A stretch of DNA of 63,969 nucleotides, counting the filler, from an uncultured Methanosarcinales archaeon (GTDB taxonomy: Archaea > Nanobdellota > Nanobdellia > Woesearchaeales > GW2011-AR9): assembly GCA_964434885.1 (NCBI GenBank). It is 5 parts of 5 records of this genome, joined end to end, with 100 filler letters (N's around TTAATTAATTAA, not from the genome) between each part and the next. Parts side by side here need not be neighbours in the genome. Positions count along the whole stretch, not along the records: positions 57,615 to 63,969 come from CAYSWQ010000053.1; 4 more parts are not named here. One strand, 5' to 3'. Positions 59,124 through 63,969 of the stretch are shown here, in pieces; position 1 is the first letter of the stretch; each line of letters opens with the position of its first letter. Under the pieces are notes generated by a model, which was not told the DNA's origin, searched no databases, and worked only from the letters and a program-made list of their open reading frames with translations. Position numbers and translations under genes: made by a program.

Positions 59124-60311
59124 TTATTTTTTGAATAATTTGTAGTTTTTTTGTAAAGCAGAAATGGCTGCTAATTTACCAGTAGTTATGAATTCTAAAG
59201 TAGCTCCACCTCCAGTTGAAACATGGGTCATTTTTTTATCCAATTTTAAGTTTCTAATCATTTCAGAAGTTTCTCCTCCCCCGATGATTTTGACTCCAGA
59301 ATGTTTGGCCAAGAAATTAGCAAGTGATTTTGTACTTTTGTCAAATGGTTTTACTTCAAAATAACCTACTGCTCCATTCCAAATAATTGTTTTTGAAGCA
59401 TCGATATATTTTTTAAAAAGTTTGACTGATTTAGGACCAATATCAAACCCGATTTGATGAGTAGGCATTTGATTAACAGAAACAATGGTTGATTTTGTGT
59501 TGGAATGACTAGCTGTGACAGCAACAATTGGTAAAACTATTTTTTTAGCTGCTCTTTTTTTCAAAATTTTTTTAGCTCTTCTAATAGATGTAGTATCGGT
59601 ATTAGACATTCCTACATGAAAACCTTGCGCTTTAAGAAAAGAAAAGGCTAGGGCACCACCAATTAAGATGTGATTGGCTTTTTTAAGAGCTTTTTCAATT
59701 AATTCTATTTTATCTAATTTAGCCCCTCCAATAATCCAAGTTAATGGCTTTTTTGGTTTAATAACTTGGTTTAAATGTTTAATTTCTTCCTTGAATAAAA
59801 AGCCGATACTTCCTGAGATGAATTTAGTTATGGCCGATACTGAAGCATGTTTTCTGTGAGAAACACCAAAAGCATCGTTAATATAGAAATCAGCTAAATT
59901 AGCAAGAGAATGAGCAAAAGCATAATCATTTTCCATTTCTTCTTTGTAGAAACGAAGATTTTCTAAAACAAAAATGGTTTTTGATTTTCCTTTTTCTATT
60001 TTTTCTTTAATGTCTTTGCCGATGCAATTATTAAGTTTGATTATTTTATTTTTAGGTAATAGTTTTTTTAATTCTTTAGTTAGTGAAGCAATACTTAATT
60101 TAGAATTAACTTTTCCTTTTGGTCTACCTAAATGGGTGCAAATGATAATTTTACAATTTTTTTGTAAGAGATATTTAATTGTAGGTAATGAAAGTTTTAT
60201 TTTGGTGTCGTCTAGAATTTTATTTTTATTAAATGGAACATTCCAATCTGTTCTAACAATTACTTTTTTATTTTTTAAATTTAAATCTGTTAAGAACCTT
60301 ATTTTTTTCAT
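59124..60311 (-). CDS. pgk: Phosphoglycerate kinase
   Basis: RTDWNVP, HLGRP, LENLRF, NDAFG..HR, DIGP, STGGGA. Confidence 0.96.
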   Translation of the reverse strand: MKKIRFLTDLNLKNKKVIVRTDWNVPFNKNKILDDTKIKLSLPTIKYLLQKNCKIIICTHLGRPKGKVNSKLSIASLTKELKKLLPKNKIIKLNNCIGKDIKEKIEKGKSKTIFVLENLRFYKEEMENDYAFAHSLANLADFYINDAFGVSHRKHASVSAITKFISGSIGFLFKEEIKHLNQVIKPKKPLTWIIGGAKLDKIELIEKALKKANHILIGGALAFSFLKAQGFHVGMSNTDTTSIRRAKKILKKRAAKKIVLPIVAVTASHSNTKSTIVSVNQMPTHQIGFDIGPKSVKLFKKYIDASKTIIWNGAVGYFEVKPFDKSTKSLANFLAKHSGVKIIGGGETSEMIRNLKLDKKMTHVSTGGGATLEFITTGKLAAISALQKNYKLFKK

Positions 60312-60501
60312 TCCACACCTCTTTTGAAATTTTTATTTCTTAATCATTTATATTTCTTTTGATTTTTGATTTAAGTTTAGTGGGAATTGAGATATAGAAC
60401 TATTTTTCATCAATAGAAACCTTTATTAATTGTTTAATTATTCTTTTAACAATTATATTTATTTTATATAATTAAAAAAAGAAAAAATGAGGTGTATTTA
60501 A

Positions 60502-63500
60502 ATGAAATCTGGTTTTGATAAGTTAATAGTTGTTATTTCTGTTTTGTTGTTGGTGTTGGTTGCTGGGATGAGTGTGTTTTTGAATGATACTGGTGATTTT
60601 CCAGAGTTAAAAAGTAATGTGTTGACAGGGGCGTCAGTGTCAAAATTGGCAGAATCTGGTAAGGATGGAATAAAAACAACTAGTCGTGTTGGTGTACAAC
60701 AGAGTACAACAAATTGCTGGAGCACGGCAAATAGTGATAGTGAATCTGCGTGTGAGGCTAATGATGATTGTGTTTGGCATTCAGATGCATGGGGAAGTTG
60801 GTGTGAATTAAAAGGGTGTTGGAATTTAGAAAGTGAAACTGCTTGTAGTGAATCAAACACTTCTGCTTCTGCAAATTATATTAATAAATCTTGTTCTTGG
60901 TCAACTACTTCTGAAACTGGTTGGTGTACTGAAGTTGATTGTTGGAATTATGATGGAACTAGTGAAAATACATGTACAAATAATATTGCTGGATTAAATT
61001 GTTCTTGGGTAGATGAATATGATGAATCCAGTTATAGTTACCCTTGTGAAGGTCCACCTGAAAAACAGTGTTGGACTTATCAGTCAAATGATACTTGTTT
61101 AAATGTAACTGGATGTACTTGGGGAGCTTGTGAAAGACAAAGTTGTTATGATCAAACAACATCTACTGCTTGTGTAAGTGAAGTAGGATTTAATGGACAA
61201 GCTTGTAAATGGAATTCTCAATATGCTTATTGTTATGAATCTGGATGTTGGGACTATACTGATTCAACTACTTGTACAGATAATGGATGTAGTTGGAGTG
61301 GAGGTAGTTGTTCTAAAAAATATTGTTCTGATTTTGGATATCAAAATGAGTCATTTTGTACAGATAATACTGCCGGACTTAGTTGTAATTGGAATGATCC
61401 TTGGTGTGAGGAAAGTAGTTGTTCTAGTGTAGTAACTCAAGGAGCATGTCAAAATTCTAATTCTAGTTCTGGAAAACCTTGTGTTTGGGAGACTTATTCA
61501 GGAGGATATTGTGAAGAAATTGAGTGTTGGCAATGGGATGGATATAAAGAAGGTGGAAATGAATCTAATTGTTTGGCCAATTCTACTTTTTATGGATTAG
61601 GTTGTACTTGGAATAATGATAGTAAAGGTGTTGGTGGAGTTGATGGATGGTGTTATAAAGATAGTAGTGCAGATGATTGTACTGGGATTACTAAAGAAAG
61701 AGATTGTATAGATACCCATTATTGTTTCTGGAATTACACTGCAAATACTTGTCAAGAACCTGGTGCAGGATCAACTACAGAATGGGTAGCTTGGTATCCA
61801 GGATGTGAGTTGTTTTCTGGAGAAAGTTCGTGTACGAATGTGACTGGATGCCAATGGGTTGTGAGTGAAGATCTTTGTAGTGGTAATGTCACAATAACTG
61901 ATTCAGATCCAGGTGTTGGGGGAATTCGATGTGAATATATTAACAACTCAAATATGTGTACGAAAATGACTATGCTTCCCCATTGTTGTGAATGGCAAGC
62001 AGGAAGTTGTACGGAAAATAAATTAACAACTAAATGCTGGGATCAGATGGAAGAACTTCCAGAAGGAGGAAGTTATTGTGAAGATTATAATGCATTTACA
62101 GATCAAACTATTTGTAATAAAATAGCAGGAGATCCATGGTATATGCCTTGTAAATGGGATAATAAAAGTACTACAGATTCAGGAGATGATCGTTGTATCT
62201 TTAAGTTTGATCAAGTTTTTGATGCTGGAGAGGAGAATCTTATTTATCTAGATAGTAAACAAACTTGTGAATCTGCTGGTGGGAAATGGGTAGTAGATAT
62301 GTATGCTAGTACAAATGATCCTGCTTCTGCGGTTGCTTTATCAATGGGTCATTGTGAAGAAGATTTTGGAGGAAAAAGAAATTGTAATTCAGATTGTTAC
62401 GCCTGTGATTATAAATCAGATGGAACCAACCATAGTTCTTCAAATGCAGCAGAGTCAGCTTGTTATTCATCTAAATTAGGTATTTGTTCTTTTACTAGTG
62501 ATTCTACTCAACCTAATGGGTATGGAACTTGTAAGCCAGGAGCTGAATTCAAGAAAGGGATAGCTACTAATTGTGATAGTGATTGTGGTTCTTGTACATA
62601 TATGGGAAGTGCTACAGCAGCTGAACCAGAATATAAACCTTCTTACTTCTGTAAAAATAGTAAAGTTACTGGTGGTTGTAAATGGATTCCAGATATTGAT
62701 TATCCTACAGATGAGTCTAGGGGAAGATGTGCAAAGAAAGCAGAAAAAAGTTGTGAAGACAGATGTGATTTATGTACTACCGAAGACCATTGTACTAATT
62801 ATGGAAAGAAAAGTGGTAATACAACAGCAGATACAGCTTGTACTTGGGAAGCTTCTACAAACACTTGTTCTTTAAAATCTGGTGGAGATCAGATGGAGAT
62901 TTGCTGGGATGGAATAGATAACAACAATGATGGAAAGATGGATTGTGCTGATGGTCAATGTTGGAGTGATTCTTTCTGTGGAGGAGGATTCATGGCAGGA
63001 TTTGGAGGTTTAGATTGCTTCGGATATAATACTGGGGCTGAATGTGCTAATGCAGGATGTGCCTGGATTGATGAAAACTGGGGTAGTTGGTGTGATATGC
63101 CAGGAGCTAATTGTTGGGCTAATGATGGTAATCAAGCATCTTGTCAAGCTGATGGGAATTGTACTTGGCATTCAGGATTTGGTGGTTTTTGTGAAGAAAA
63201 TTGGACTGCTGGAGGTACCTGTATGGGTATAAATGAAGAAGAGGCTTGTAATGGCAATGCTACTACTAATAATTGTACTTGGGTAGTTGATAGTCATTTC
63301 CAAGATAATTCTGTTGGTGGAGTAATGGGTTGGTGTCAAAGTAATTATGAATATATTGGTGAATGGTATGATTGTATTCAGGAAGTAGATTCTAGTGTTG
63401 GGGAAGCTGGTTGTATTAGTTCTGGAACTCAAGATAGTAATGGAAACTACCCTTGTAATTGGCAAAATAGTACTGGGGGAGAAAGTGCAGGTCATGAAGG

Positions 63501-63969
63501 ACCAGAAACCTATGGAGGTGGTTGGTGTGATAGTATGAAATTTGCTTGTCACCAATTTGAAAACCAAGGTACTTGTGAAGATCAAACTAATGCAACTTAT
63601 AACCATAGTCAATTTTGTAAGTGGAAAACTGGAGAATGGGGGGGCTGGTGTGAAAGTCTTTCTATGAGTGGAACAGATAGTGCTAGTAGTTGTTGGAGTC
63701 AAACAACTACGAATGATTGTGAAGCCATAGGTTGTGCTTGGGTTTCAGGATTTTGTGATCCGGTTGGATTTGGAAATGATATGGGCTTTGGTGGAGGAGC
63801 AGGTAGTGGATCTTCTATGGGAGGTTCAGGATCAACTTGTTTTAAGTACGATGGAAATCAAAGTGGATGTGAAGAAACTCAAGGGTGTAGTTGGTTTGCA
63901 GAAGGTAATGCTTTTTGTGATGTGAAGAAAGGATCTAATTGTCCACAATATAGTTTTAGTAAGGTAGAT
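60502..63969 (+). CDS. Giant secreted Cys/Trp-repeat surface protein (3' truncated, at least 1156 aa)
   Basis: GAGGTG RBS; MKSGFDKLIVVISVLLLVLVAG signal/anchor; recurring CW..C..CxW..WC units; no stop seen in frame, so absent from ORF track. Confidence 0.85.
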   Translation, partial: MKSGFDKLIVVISVLLLVLVAGMSVFLNDTGDFPELKSNVLTGASVSKLAESGKDGIKTTSRVGVQQSTTNCWSTANSDSESACEANDDCVWHSDAWGSWCELKGCWNLESETACSESNTSASANYINKSCSWSTTSETGWCTEVDCWNYDGTSENTCTNNIAGLNCSWVDEYDESSYSYPCEGPPEKQCWTYQSNDTCLNVTGCTWGACERQSCYDQTTSTACVSEVGFNGQACKWNSQYAYCYESGCWDYTDSTTCTDNGCSWSGGSCSKKYCSDFGYQNESFCTDNTAGLSCNWNDPWCEESSCSSVVTQGACQNSNSSSGKPCVWETYSGGYCEEIECWQWDGYKEGGNESNCLANSTFYGLGCTWNNDSKGVGGVDGWCYKDSSADDCTGITKERDCIDTHYCFWNYTANTCQEPGAGSTTEWVAWYPGCELFSGESSCTNVTGCQWVVSEDLCSGNVTITDSDPGVGGIRCEYINNSNMCTKMTMLPHCCEWQAGSCTENKLTTKCWDQMEELPEGGSYCEDYNAFTDQTICNKIAGDPWYMPCKWDNKSTTDSGDDRCIFKFDQVFDAGEENLIYLDSKQTCESAGGKWVVDMYASTNDPASAVALSMGHCEEDFGGKRNCNSDCYACDYKSDGTNHSSSNAAESACYSSKLGICSFTSDSTQPNGYGTCKPGAEFKKGIATNCDSDCGSCTYMGSATAAEPEYKPSYFCKNSKVTGGCKWIPDIDYPTDESRGRCAKKAEKSCEDRCDLCTTEDHCTNYGKKSGNTTADTACTWEASTNTCSLKSGGDQMEICWDGIDNNNDGKMDCADGQCWSDSFCGGGFMAGFGGLDCFGYNTGAECANAGCAWIDENWGSWCDMPGANCWANDGNQASCQADGNCTWHSGFGGFCEENWTAGGTCMGINEEEACNGNATTNNCTWVVDSHFQDNSVGGVMGWCQSNYEYIGEWYDCIQEVDSSVGEAGCISSGTQDSNGNYPCNWQNSTGGESAGHEGPETYGGGWCDSMKFACHQFENQGTCEDQTNATYNHSQFCKWKTGEWGGWCESLSMSGTDSASSCWSQTTTNDCEAIGCAWVSGFCDPVGFGNDMGFGGGAGSGSSMGGSGSTCFKYDGNQSGCEETQGCSWFAEGNAFCDVKKGSNCPQYSFSKVD

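Noticed and set aside
740..60327. Many 60-130 aa antisense ORFs inside known genes
   Set aside because: Opposite-strand shadows of well-supported CDSs with no motifs
60498..63925. Short ORFs listed in the last 3.5 kb
   Set aside because: Shadows of the single long frame starting at 60502
57615..63969. Switch to a G/T-rich plus strand suggesting an origin or foreign DNA
   Set aside because: The change coincides with a contig join and is explained by contig orientation

Overview
AT-rich archaeal DNA, most consistent with a DPANN (Woesearchaeota-like) genome bin. Evidence: archaeal LeuRS, S27ae, EndoQ, Bud32, TATA-box promoters and tRNAs with bulge-helix-bulge (BHB) introns. The window is five contigs joined by 100-nt N spacers carrying a TTAATTAATTAA linker (14585-14684, 29028-29127, 43306-43405, 57515-57614). 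The complete contigs fall in descending size, so adjacency across gaps is probably not real. Housekeeping genes include alaS, leuS, trxB, nfo, lhr, sppA, thiI and pgk. There is also an MNT-HEPN toxin-antitoxin pair, a copper island and an IS481-type element. Most notable: (1) all four tRNA genes carry introns, six in total, four at non-canonical sites, including a three-intron tRNA(CAU); both free-standing LAGLIDADG endonuclease genes lie directly downstream of an intron-bearing CAU tRNA, suggesting endonuclease-assisted spread of tRNA introns; (2) a 37-bp promoter element (32/37 identical) shared by one LAGLIDADG gene and two paralogous microproteins missing from the ORF track; (3) a bacterial-type ECF sigma factor gene in an archaeon; (4) a MoxR AAA+/HExxH-vWA operon preceded by paralogues sharing an identical 55-bp N-terminal block; (5) an apparently dead SNF2-like pseudohelicase next to a NucS-like nuclease; (6) a >1156-aa Cys/Trp-repeat surface protein missed by the ORF track. 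All calls come from reading motifs by eye; no database searches were run.
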